DNA from: an uncultured virus (IMG/VR IMGVR_UViG_3300050581_000203)
Taxonomy: Duplodnaviria; Heunggongvirae; Uroviricota; Caudoviricetes
IMG/VR virus record: IMGVR_UViG_3300050581_000203
Reading direction: 5' to 3' (one strand)
DNA length: 64,000 bases
The notes beneath the pieces were generated by a model. It had not been told where the DNA came from and did not search any database. It saw nothing but the letters and a program-made list of their open reading frames with translations. Positions 55,815 through 64,000 of the stretch are shown here, one piece after another; within the stretch, counting starts at the first letter, position 1, and each line of letters begins with the position of its first letter. A program made the position numbers and the translations under genes.

Positions 55815-56315
55815 TCAATCATCAGCATGATCGCTTTCTTGCCAGTCTCGCTCATAGTTCTCTCTCCTTGCGAGGCTTCGCAACTCTTCCGCCACCTGCG
55901 CCCGTGTATCGGGGTCTTGCACGTAGCGGACAAAGATGCCTACCGCCTCGTCGAATAATTCGGGCGGGATCGTGTCGTGATCCTCGCTCTTGCGATTGTC
56001 GTTTTGGTACGCCACGGCCTGCGCAAGTGCAAGCCTCACGGCACCCAGGGCAACTTTTGAATCCTTGCTGTTTATCAGCTTGCGAAGGCGTTCGAGCGCC
56101 GCGCCGGACAATGCCACCAGGCCGCGCACCGATTGCGCCATCGCCTCGGCCTGCGCCCGCCGAAGGATGCCCACAAAGGCATCCTCATGCAACCACCTGC
56201 GCAAGGTCGCGTATGACACCCCCGATGCCTTCGACGCGGCCTTGATCGTCGGCTGCGTAAGCAAGGCTTCAATCGCGGCCACCTGTTGCGGCGTCAATCG
56301 TTTAGACGTACCCAT
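55815..56315 (-). CDS. HTH protein resembling a terminase small subunit
   Basis: LTPQQVAAIEALL..PTIKAASKASGVSYATLRRWL....F followed by helices. Confidence 0.6.
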   Translation of the reverse strand: MGTSKRLTPQQVAAIEALLTQPTIKAASKASGVSYATLRRWLHEDAFVGILRRAQAEAMAQSVRGLVALSGAALERLRKLINSKDSKVALGAVRLALAQAVAYQNDNRKSEDHDTIPPELFDEAVGIFVRYVQDPDTRAQVAEELRSLARRENYERDWQESDHADD

Positions 56316-56360
56316 CGGAAAAGTGCTCAGAAATGCCTAAAAATATCCACCCCCCCCCAC

Positions 56361-56394
56361 TGCCCGTGGCATGGTAGAGGTCATGCCACGGGCA
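56361..56394. repeat. Perfect 13-bp inverted repeat next to a C9 tract
   Basis: tgcccgtggcatg-N8-catgccacgggca; C9 at 56350-56358. Confidence 0.7.
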
Positions 56395-56416
56395 CCGCAT
56401 GAGAGATGGGAAATCG

Positions 56417-56938
56417 TCAACGATAAAGCGGCATACTCGTAATGCCGGCAAGCTGTAGCGCCACCATGCCAACGTCAAGCGAGCGCGCCGACACGTTCTG
56501 AACCCTGATGGTATTTAGCGCATGGTCAGCAATCGTATCGCGCCAAATCTGCGCAAGGTGGCGCTCAACGGGTGCAAGCTCTTCGCGTGGATAGCGATCC
56601 GCCATGCCCATCACGATGTCATGAGCAAGCTTGTGCTCCAGCACGCGGGCGCGATCACGAAACGGCTTCAGCCGTGCGGCCAGGGCCTGCGCCTGTTTAT
56701 CGAGTGCGGCCAGGTCATCGCGGATCGATTGCGCCTCAGCCCGCAACGCCTGGGCCTCGGCCTGTAGCGTAGGGTCAAGCGCTTGCATCTCCGCAACAAT
56801 CTTCCCCATCCGGGCCTGACGTACGACCTCAGCGCGCAATCCTTCCAACGTCGCAGCCTGGGCCCGCAACGCATCTAGCCGCGCTATCTCGGCCTGGGCT
56901 AGTTCGGCACGTTCGATCTGTTCTTCCAAGTAGCTCAT
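56417..56938 (-). CDS. Coiled-coil hypothetical protein
   Basis: GGAGG RBS; heptad-rich 173 aa. Confidence 0.65.
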   Translation of the reverse strand: MSYLEEQIERAELAQAEIARLDALRAQAATLEGLRAEVVRQARMGKIVAEMQALDPTLQAEAQALRAEAQSIRDDLAALDKQAQALAARLKPFRDRARVLEHKLAHDIVMGMADRYPREELAPVERHLAQIWRDTIADHALNTIRVQNVSARSLDVGMVALQLAGITSMPLYR

Positions 56939-57126
56939 CGAATTTTTCCTCCATGAAACAGCGGCATTTTCGCCAACGTTTCACGCGCGAGGGAACTTAG
57001 TTCTGCCTCGCATTCGGGCTCATGCACATCGCGCAACCACAACGGGCGCTTGAATTGCCGCCGCTGTGGGAATTGCGGAATATCGCCGCCTTCGTCACTG
57101 GTCGCCATCCTGACACGAATAATCAT
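56935..57126 (-). CDS. Small hypothetical protein
   Basis: GGAGG RBS; ATGA-coupled to the next gene. Confidence 0.5.
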   Translation of the reverse strand: MIIRVRMATSDEGGDIPQFPQRRQFKRPLWLRDVHEPECEAELSSLARETLAKMPLFHGGKIR

Positions 57127-57144
57127 GTTTACCTCCGATGCGGC

Positions 57145-58239
57145 TCATTCGCGCCGCATCACAATTTGCCCTTGTGGGCCGAACGTCGGTTCATAGCCGA
57201 CGTGTTCGCCCCACGCTAAAACCGCTTCTATCAGCGCGTCGTCATCGTCCGCGCCGATCAACCCGGACACCCAGGCTCGCAGGTCGCCGCCATGCCGCCA
57301 GAAGTCCGTGATGTCCTTATCGCCTTCGCGCAGAACCGGCACGGCCACACGCTGCGCACGCCTGGTAATACGTGTCACGCGCGCCGCGCCGGTGTCGCCC
57401 GCCGTGTCAACGTCGTAGGCCACGATCAGCCGCGAGATAGGCAGCAAGTAGCCGGCCCAGGTGGGCACATCCAACCCTGCCGATTGGCTGCCCAGCGTCA
57501 TCACGCCGCACAGGTCGCCGGCCACCTGGTGCAGCAACATCGCATCGAATTCGCCTTCGGTCATCACGGCCACGTCATGCCCGCTCAACGTGTCCGCGCC
57601 AAATAGGGCAGGGACGGCCAGACCTTTCACGGCCAGGTACTTCGGTTTGCCTGCCGCGCGCCGCATTTTGAGATACCAAACCTCGCCATCGATGACGCCG
57701 GGGATTAGGATGCCGCAAGGGACGCTTAGCCCGGCAATCTCGCGCCATTCGCTCGGTTCACCAGGCACGTAGCCGATCTGCCAGCGTTGCAATGTTTCAT
57801 CGCTCAGCCCTCGCGCATTCAGCCAGGCCCGCGCACGTGCGCCAGTGTCAGCCCATAACGCCTTGACGCCCTGGACGATGGCCTCGCACGCCGCCTCTTG
57901 CAGGTCTGCCGGTGCGTGCGTACTGCGTGCTGGGGCCTGTGTCGCCGGTGTGCTTGCCGCAAGAGGCAACCCGGCCAGGTCTGCGCACGCCTGCGTAAAG
58001 CTCGCCGACTGCCAACGCCGGTAGAAGTCGATTGCATCGTGATACCGGCCATCGCCACAACCCCGGCACATCCAGCGCCACCCATCGCCGGTGTCATGCA
58101 CCACAAACCGATCCTTGCCGCCACAGAACGGACACGGCCCCGCGTACCAGCCGTTGCCGGTGCGCCGCAAGGTGCCGCCCGCCTGGGCCACCAGGTCGGC
58201 CAGGTTCACACTTCGCCGCAAAGAAGTTGTGTCAACCAC
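57145..58239 (-). CDS. P4/DnaG-like primase (zinc finger plus Toprim)
   Basis: GPCPFCGGKDRF...CRGC, TEGEFDA, YDVDTAG, KDITD. Confidence 0.88.
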   Translation of the reverse strand: MVDTTSLRRSVNLADLVAQAGGTLRRTGNGWYAGPCPFCGGKDRFVVHDTGDGWRWMCRGCGDGRYHDAIDFYRRWQSASFTQACADLAGLPLAASTPATQAPARSTHAPADLQEAACEAIVQGVKALWADTGARARAWLNARGLSDETLQRWQIGYVPGEPSEWREIAGLSVPCGILIPGVIDGEVWYLKMRRAAGKPKYLAVKGLAVPALFGADTLSGHDVAVMTEGEFDAMLLHQVAGDLCGVMTLGSQSAGLDVPTWAGYLLPISRLIVAYDVDTAGDTGAARVTRITRRAQRVAVPVLREGDKDITDFWRHGGDLRAWVSGLIGADDDDALIEAVLAWGEHVGYEPTFGPQGQIVMRRE

Positions 58240-58256
58240 TCTTGTGCCTCATAGAG

Positions 58257-58336
58257 GGTTGTTTTAGGTTGTTTTGGGTTGTTTTTGCTAAGTGCCTAAA
58301 AAGCGGAAAAACAACCAATAACAACCAATAACAACT
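58257..58336. repeat. Opposed arrays of GGTTGTT repeats; probable origin of element 2
   Basis: ggttgtttt three times at 10-bp spacing (58257, 58267, 58277) facing aacaacc/aacaact three times (58310, 58320, 58330). Confidence 0.75.
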
Positions 58337-58339
58337 ACA

Positions 58340-59413
58340 TTAAGTGTCAGAAGAAACCAAGCTCCAAAGGTCACGCGGCTTCTTGCCACGTTCGGCATGT
58401 TCATCTTTGCGGGCAACTAACCCCCGTCCCAGCGCACTCGTTAATTGCTTGCGCGCTGCCTCCTTGCTGACCCCTAGCTTCGTCGCCACGGCTTCTGTTG
58501 GCTGATCGTCGCCCAGGTCATTCAGCGCTCGGAGTACGGCCCGGCCCGCGCGTATCTCTGCGATACGTTCGCCGTTGCCCTCGTAACTCCAGCCGGTAGC
58601 GCCATCGAACCGGATCGTCATGTCGTCGGATTCGATGTCACGCGCCTCGATGTGCAGCACTGCCTCAAGCTCTCTTGGTTTGCGCTGAATCACAACGCCA
58701 ACGTCGTAGGCCCCACGAATTGCGCCCGCGCCCCGGATTAGCTCGAACGGGTCTTCGGCTTCCCCTTTGCGGGTATGATGCGAAATGACAAAAGTAATTT
58801 CGCGCCTGTGGGCTATATCCGCGAGTGATTGCACAATGCCGCCCATCGTCGAATTGTCGTTTTCGTCTGTACCCGGCCCGCAGGCCGCGCGCAGCGTGTC
58901 GATAAACACGGCTGCATATCCGCTTATGGCCTGCTCAAGTTGTGCCAGGCCCCCATCAGTCAGAGGCAACAAGCCGAAGGAGAAACTAGACGCCGTGGGC
59001 TTCCATTTGCGGACATGAAGGCGCTCATGTATTCGCCGCTCACCATCTTCCAGGGCGATGAATAAGACGCCGCCGCGCTTTGTTTGACGGCCTAAGAATG
59101 AATCGCCAGTGTCAATGGCCGCTGCCAGTTGGAGCAACAACCAAGACTTGCCAGATTTTGGGCGGCCTGCGAGCAACACGCAATCGCCGCGCGCGACCAA
59201 ACCATCCAGAAGAAACTCGCGTGGTGGATACTGGCGCGTGTACAACTCCACCCCTGTAGTCGTTGCAAGCCCGCCACCGGAAATGTTCGTGGAAAACAAC
59301 TCAGCCAGCATCTGATCGCCTTCGGGCGTCCCGCCCAGCGCCCGTTGCAGCGCCTGCGCGCGCTCAGGGTCGCGGGCCAGCGCTGAGAGTTGCTGGGCAG
59401 TAGAATTAGACAT
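58340..59413 (-). CDS. AAA_25/RepA-like helicase with a C-terminal HTH
   Basis: AGRPKSGKS, LFIALED, FIDTL, HHTRK, RGAGA; start MSNSTAQQ. Confidence 0.88.
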   Translation of the reverse strand: MSNSTAQQLSALARDPERAQALQRALGGTPEGDQMLAELFSTNISGGGLATTTGVELYTRQYPPREFLLDGLVARGDCVLLAGRPKSGKSWLLLQLAAAIDTGDSFLGRQTKRGGVLFIALEDGERRIHERLHVRKWKPTASSFSFGLLPLTDGGLAQLEQAISGYAAVFIDTLRAACGPGTDENDNSTMGGIVQSLADIAHRREITFVISHHTRKGEAEDPFELIRGAGAIRGAYDVGVVIQRKPRELEAVLHIEARDIESDDMTIRFDGATGWSYEGNGERIAEIRAGRAVLRALNDLGDDQPTEAVATKLGVSKEAARKQLTSALGRGLVARKDEHAERGKKPRDLWSLVSSDT

Positions 59414-59550
59414 GTCCGCTCGCCTTCCGTGGGCTGGTGGATGTCTGTCCTTCAAGCGTGTTGCCGTGAGAAAGTTCCACGCTTGAAGGGCATTGCTGCG
59501 CCATACGCCGCGCGATCTTCGCGACCACGAGGGCCAGCCGCCTGGGCGGG

Positions 59551-59730
59551 CTAATCGGTCGAGACATGGACATGCTCCGCCTCCTGCGCGGCGCTGGTAT
59601 CGCGCGCAATCAAAAAACGAAGGTAGCTCGAAGGGGACAAGCCAAGTTGGGACGCTCGCTGGTCGATCTTCGATGCAAGCGAGGGCGAAATGCGAAATTG
59701 CCGGATTAGCGCCATCTTCTGGCCTTTCAT
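59551..59730 (-). CDS. Ribbon-helix-helix DNA-binding protein
   Basis: QFRISPSL...IDQRASQLGLSPSSYLRFLI; GGAGG RBS. Confidence 0.65.
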   Translation of the reverse strand: MKGQKMALIRQFRISPSLASKIDQRASQLGLSPSSYLRFLIARDTSAAQEAEHVHVSTD

Positions 59731-59742
59731 TTGAAAACCTCC

Positions 59743-59815
59743 AAAAACAAAAAACGCCCGGCAAGAAAAAGCAAGCTTCAGCTTGCTAAACCCTGCCAGG
59801 CGTTCTAAAAAGACG
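59743..59815 (-). terminator. Leader attenuator/terminator before the replication operon of element 2
   Basis: Minus strand aacgcctggca...agcaagctgaagcttgct...tgccgggcgtt followed by a T-tract just before the RBS. Confidence 0.55.
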
Positions 59816-59932
59816 GCCTGAGTCGAACGATTGAATCGTAACACAATGTATGGCGAATGTCAATACGCGGATTATTTTACTAATCAAAAGTATATACTTC
59901 ATAGAACCAATCCTCTCAAAGCGCGAAAAACG

Positions 59933-59969
59933 AAAAAAGCGGCCACATCTCACAAGAGACATGGCCGCT
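59933..59969 (-). terminator. Intrinsic terminator downstream of the tyrosine recombinase
   Basis: gcggcca...tggccgc stem with a T-tract on the minus strand. Confidence 0.6.
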
Positions 59970-60094
59970 CACTTGATCGACCGAATAGTGGCCGCACTTG
60001 CTGCCACTGAACTCCCCAATGCACTCGCACCTGGGATAAACTCGATTGCTGTAAATTCTAGGGAATCTGCTTTCATCTGTCAACATCCTGGCAG

Positions 60095-61102
60095 TTATTC
60101 CCCTGCCACCTGTCGTAGCGTGTCCAGCATGGCGCTACCACCCTCGCGGATGTAGCGATCCAGCATCACGCGCGATGCGTGCCGTGTGACCTGCATGATT
60201 GCGTGATCGGGGATCCCATCGCGTGCGGCTTGGGTTGCGAATCCCGCGCGCAGGCTGTGGCCGCTGATGCGCCGGTAGTCGCTGGGTGTATCGCTTAGCC
60301 CGGCACGCTCAGCCAGGCGCTTGACCACCGAATCGACGTGCTTGTCGTTGATGCGCGCACGTCCGGCATGGCCCCACTTGTCCACGCGCACAAACACCGG
60401 CCCGCTGCCAATGCCCGACGCCTTCAACCACTCGCGCAGGGCTGTCACAGGGCATATCGCCGTGTCATTGAGCCTGGGCAGCGTGAGGGTTTGGCCCTTG
60501 CTGCCCTTGTCGGTTTTGGTGTTGCGGAGCGTCAAAATCACCGCGTCATCGCGGAAAATCAGGTCACGCACATCGAGGCCGGCTATCTCGCTTCTGCGCA
60601 TGGCCCCAAACCATCCCACAAGCAAGATTGCCCGGTCGCGCTTGCCCCCAATGGTGTCACCCGTGGCGGCAATCATGCGCCGCAGGTCGGCAAGCATGAT
60701 CGGGCGGGCTTGCTCTGGCGCTGCTTGCTCCGGCTTGTCCTGGGCAAGCTTGTTGTGTATGCCCTGCATGAGGATGCGCACTTCCGGGGCAAGCGCTGGG
60801 TTTATGGCGCTGCCCTTGCCCCCATGCGCAAAGCTGATTGCCGACTTGTGAAGCTCGATGGTGCTCACCTTGTAGCCACTGTCGGCCAGGCTGGTGAGGT
60901 AGTGAACCACGGCGGGCACGCTGGCCGGCTGTGCCTGGTAGCCATGCGCTGCGCAGAACGTCTCAAAGGCCGCCCACGCCTTGCGGTACGTGATGCGCGT
61001 GTTGTCGCGCTTGCTGGCGTTCACGTAATCACGCGCAGACTGTGCCACCTGCGCCGGAAGGGCTGCGCTATTGCTCGCTGGAATTAGCTGGGTCTTAGCC
61101 AT
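60095..61102 (-). CDS. Cre-like tyrosine recombinase (resolvase)
   Basis: GAMRRSE, KTD, SGHSLRAGFAT, TRH...RYIR. Confidence 0.92.
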   Translation of the reverse strand: MAKTQLIPASNSAALPAQVAQSARDYVNASKRDNTRITYRKAWAAFETFCAAHGYQAQPASVPAVVHYLTSLADSGYKVSTIELHKSAISFAHGGKGSAINPALAPEVRILMQGIHNKLAQDKPEQAAPEQARPIMLADLRRMIAATGDTIGGKRDRAILLVGWFGAMRRSEIAGLDVRDLIFRDDAVILTLRNTKTDKGSKGQTLTLPRLNDTAICPVTALREWLKASGIGSGPVFVRVDKWGHAGRARINDKHVDSVVKRLAERAGLSDTPSDYRRISGHSLRAGFATQAARDGIPDHAIMQVTRHASRVMLDRYIREGGSAMLDTLRQVAGE

Positions 61103-61115
61103 TGGTTTACCTCTC

Positions 61116-61147
61116 TAATGCCGATAAGTTTACATTATCGGACATTA
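61116..61147. promoter_or_regulatory. Putative res/lox-like site of the adjacent recombinase
   Basis: taatg-ccgataa-N7-ttatcgg-a-catta inverted repeat 14 bp upstream of the start codon. Confidence 0.6.
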
Positions 61148-61173
61148 TAACTCTGGTAGATTTCGGTAAACCG

Positions 61174-62907
61174 TCAGGCGACGATCCGGCCCCAATGGGG
61201 CGGCTGTGCCCAAACTATCCCCCGTAGGTCAATATGCCAATTGCTAAGCCCATCCCCGTCGCGTCCGCCTGAGACGTCTAACCGCTCAGTGATTTTAGAA
61301 TCCTGAGCGGTTATTTCGTTTTCCAGCACAAAACTGTAGTCCCGCTCCACCATCCCCGTCTGTCGAAACAGGGGCACAAACTCGGCATATGGCTTGACAC
61401 CCACGATTCGCTTCTCGTCTGTATCTACATAGACCGCTTCAAACATCTCTTTGAGCATGGCGTGGCGATGCGCTTTGTCAGCTTTCGCCCACGCCGATCC
61501 AAAGGCCACCACCTGCTCCCCTGTCTCCAGCAAGTGATGAGTGTCTGGTACCACAAGACTGTTTATCTCCCGGATCAACTTCTGCGCTCTCTTTTCGTAA
61601 GCCGGAACGTCGGATTCCTCGATCAGCCCCTGCTCAAATTGGTAGTTGAGCCGACGCAGCTGACCACGTAAGTCATTGCGCCGTTTTTCCAGGTTCACCA
61701 CCTCAGTGTCACTTGCGACCAGCTCATTGATACGTGTACGCCAATCACCCGGCATACTCAAGGCCGCCATGTACTGATCCATTTGAGGTGTCAACAGGTC
61801 TTCGCGCACCTGTTGCCGTGAAGCATCACATGGCTCATCCCGCAACCATGAAGCACAACGATAGTAGTGATGATGTTGCCCGCACTGACTCTGAATACTG
61901 CGTAAAGGCTTCCCACAACTCGCACAATGTGCTATCCCCTGCCCCAATAGGTACACATGAGACGCTTGAGGCGTTAACAATCGCCCAGGGTTATAGCGCT
62001 TAATCCGGGCTGCCATCGCACGGTCTGCCAGCTCTTGGTCAATGATCGCTTCATGTGTTCCCTGGCGCACCTGAAAGTCACGCAGGCGTTCTGCTTTGGT
62101 CCGCTCTTTCACTCCCACATAGGGAGTATTACCCAGATAGAACTGCACTGCCTCCCGGTCAAATAACCCGGCAACAGAATCCTTAGTCCAGCCACGCCGG
62201 AGCGACAGGTCAGTATCAGGTCCAGCCTTAGCTTTGGAACTGGATATCAGGCGGTAGGTGCGTGACCCGACACGATTGAGTTCATCTGCGACGTCCTGGT
62301 CTATCTTGCCAGCCGAACACATTTGGTATGCAAATTGCACAAAATGTGCGTCTGCATTTGGCACAGGCTTATATAGTTTCTTCACCTTGCCATTCTTGAT
62401 TTCCTCTCCGACTTCAGTCTTCGAGTAGCCAAAGCGCAAATCCCCATTCCAATAACCCGCTTCAAAGCGAGCCACCTTGCCTTTCGTCGTTTCGGCACTC
62501 AGGTTTTGCAGATACCATTCGGCGAAGAAGGCCAGCATGACCAGCATCATCCGCCCGGAGGGTGAGGTGAAGTCAATCGACTCTGCTGCGCTGGCAAAGG
62601 TCACATTGCATTTCTGCAACTCATCCAGCGTCAACAAAACGTCCACCAGGCTGCGCGAAAATCGATCCAACTTGTGACACACCACCACATCAAACTGGCC
62701 TTCACGTGCATCAGCCAACATCTGTTGGAAGGCTGGACGATGAACCGTCTTGCCACTCCAGGCCTCATCAACATAGGGCTTACCGTTGATCGCCCAATCA
62801 GGACGAGCGGCGATGAAGTTTCGACATGCTTTATCCTGGGCTTCAATACTCCAGCCTTCGGATTGTTCGTCACTCGAATACCGGTAATAACATCTCACTC
62901 TAGTCAT
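61174..62907 (-). CDS. Large serine recombinase of element 3; C-terminus reads through the att core
   Basis: YYRYSSDEQ, DRFSR, CASCG; ends ...SGGRDG plus a flank-derived tail. Confidence 0.92.
   Translation of the reverse strand: MTRVRCYYRYSSDEQSEGWSIEAQDKACRNFIAARPDWAINGKPYVDEAWSGKTVHRPAFQQMLADAREGQFDVVVCHKLDRFSRSLVDVLLTLDELQKCNVTFASAAESIDFTSPSGRMMLVMLAFFAEWYLQNLSAETTKGKVARFEAGYWNGDLRFGYSKTEVGEEIKNGKVKKLYKPVPNADAHFVQFAYQMCSAGKIDQDVADELNRVGSRTYRLISSSKAKAGPDTDLSLRRGWTKDSVAGLFDREAVQFYLGNTPYVGVKERTKAERLRDFQVRQGTHEAIIDQELADRAMAARIKRYNPGRLLTPQASHVYLLGQGIAHCASCGKPLRSIQSQCGQHHHYYRCASWLRDEPCDASRQQVREDLLTPQMDQYMAALSMPGDWRTRINELVASDTEVVNLEKRRNDLRGQLRRLNYQFEQGLIEESDVPAYEKRAQKLIREINSLVVPDTHHLLETGEQVVAFGSAWAKADKAHRHAMLKEMFEAVYVDTDEKRIVGVKPYAEFVPLFRQTGMVERDYSFVLENEITAQDSKITERLDVSGGRDGDGLSNWHIDLRGIVWAQPPHWGRIVA
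61255..61268 (+). repeat. 14-bp direct repeat, copy 2 (putative att core)
   Basis: CCCGTCGCGTCCGC. Confidence 0.85.
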
Positions 62908-63247
62908 GGTTTATTTTGTTTAAGGTGTTCATCTGCATCCGTTTAGGGCCGTGCATGTCAACGAGATTGCCGCTCCACCTCCGCGATGATTGCCAGCAGT
63001 CGCTCAATGCGCGGTGCGAGTACAGGACGTCGTGGCAATTTGGGATGTAGCGAGTCACGGTGCCCAGCCTGGTTCCCTGCTCTATGTAAGAGCGGTGAGC
63101 CGGTCAACTGCTTACTGGTCGTGTCTTCAAAATGCGTCATGCAATGGATTGGGATAAGTAACGGATGCTAAAAAGGTAATAACGGGCTGAGGCAAAACCT
63201 GACACAGGCCTTGCCTCAACTCACTAAACGGACAAGTGCGGGATCGC

Positions 63248-63472
63248 TTAGGAGTCCCGTCGCACAAGGTCTACCCGGCAATCACGGGTATCCTCAAGCC
63301 GCATATAGCTTTTGCGTCCGAGGACCCGGCGGCGCTGTTTACCTGACAACTTGAGCGTCTTGCAAATGTCGTGAAGCAGATGTGACAAGGGAGCCTCAAT
63401 CTCATCGGCGCTTGTCTCGGCTTCGCGTTCGCACTGCTGGCGGAACTTGCGGAGTTTACTTGCGGATTTCAT
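63248..63472 (-). CDS. Small hypothetical protein
   Basis: GAGG RBS; MKSASKLRKFRQQC... Confidence 0.55.
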   Translation of the reverse strand: MKSASKLRKFRQQCEREAETSADEIEAPLSHLLHDICKTLKLSGKQRRRVLGRKSYMRLEDTRDCRVDLVRRDS

Positions 63473-63529
63473 CTGACCACCTCTCAACACTAACTTGCTG
63501 GCTTTACCAAACTTGCCCCGCTAAAGCCA

Positions 63530-63671
63530 ACAAAAAAACGGGCGACCCTTGCCGGTGGTGAAAGCAAGGACTGCCCGCTTCAAAGTAAAATGCGGTTAGC
63601 CTTGCCGATGCCCTAAACATCGGTTGGGTCAGGGTTGTGTGGGTGCTGCTAACACCTATACGACCCGCTTT
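63530..63671 (-). ncRNA. Candidate structured leader RNA ending in a terminator
   Basis: Hairpins ggtg-ttagcag-cacc and ccgatg-tttaggg-catcgg, then a cgggc...gcccg stem and T7; promoter upstream. Confidence 0.4.
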
Positions 63672-63699
63672 ATAGCATTTATATGCTAACTATACTTAG

Positions 63700-63729
63700 T
63701 ATATTATACTAGCAGTCTACTCATGTCAA
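63700..63729 (-). promoter_or_regulatory. Sigma70-type promoter
   Basis: TTGACA followed by TATAAT (15-bp spacer) or TAATAT (17-bp spacer); palindrome tagcat-N4-atgcta at 63673-63688. Confidence 0.55.
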
Positions 63730-63965
63730 GTGGTTCGTTTGCCTTTTGCTCCATGCCGTCGATCTTCTGACTTAGCTTTTGCCGCTTGACTGGCATACTC
63801 CAGCAAGTCTCCCCTATCAACCCAATATTGACCACCCTTCTTCTCAGCCTTGATTCTTTTCTGCCGCAACAACAAAAGCAAGTGTGCAACACTGTAGCCG
63901 GTAAGTTGGCTTGCCTCTTCAGTAGTGATCCAGTCAACCATATTTGGAATTGTAGCGTTAACCAC
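63726..63965 (-). CDS. Excisionase/MerR-like HTH protein
   Basis: WITTEEASQLTGYS..HL..LLRQ.RI.A.K.G..YWVD. Confidence 0.75.
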   Translation of the reverse strand: MVNATIPNMVDWITTEEASQLTGYSVAHLLLLLRQKRIKAEKKGGQYWVDRGDLLEYASQAAKAKSEDRRHGAKGKRTT

Positions 63966-64000
63966 ACCTGTTTGCCATATTGGGTATTCGACCTAAGCGT

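Larger units (their letters stand above)
52184..61268. mobile_element. Satellite-like integrative element of about 9.1 kb
   Basis: Bounded by the 14-bp direct repeats; integrase, primase, helicase, TerS-like HTH and resolvase; no recognisable capsid or tail genes. Confidence 0.8.
61255..64000. mobile_element. Third serine-recombinase island, truncated by the window end
   Basis: Begins at the att core; recombinase, small ORFs and HTH in a layout like element 2; lower GC. Confidence 0.7.

Overview
The whole window is mobile DNA, GC-rich with several AT-richer cargo blocks; the SH3/Thr-Pro surface proteins and AGAAC-N4-GTTCT-like boxes suggest a Chloroflexota host, which is an inference. It holds three adjacent elements. 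(1) About 1-52.2 kb is a nearly complete siphovirus-type prophage. Its minus-strand late region runs from lysis genes through a ParB-methyltransferase, terminase, portal, protease, capsid and tail genes. It also carries surface-protein cargo, a leftward replication operon, a cargo block (RelB/YafQ-like TA, DUF5131 plus TcmP, SH3-Excalibur protein, XRE repressor) and a rightward recombination operon ending in a large serine integrase. (2) 52.2-61.3 kb is a roughly 9 kb satellite-like island with a serine recombinase, HTH, TerS-like HTH, primase, AAA helicase and Cre-like recombinase. (3) 61.3 kb to the end is the start of a third serine-recombinase island. A 14-bp direct repeat (CCCGTCGCGTCCGC, resembling a tRNA 3' end) flanks element 2 and lies in frame inside the 3' ends of two recombinase genes. 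The strongest unexplained signal is regulatory. Four late-region leaders share an 18-nt motif (AAGYGGRWAGKCRCGCGG) fused to an intrinsic terminator, and two of them flank a small gene with an SOS-like box. The two early operons share a 35-bp promoter/operator and a conserved GACTAGCAGGGG hairpin. Together these suggest an undescribed phage antitermination system. No CRISPR array, rRNA or complete tRNA was seen.
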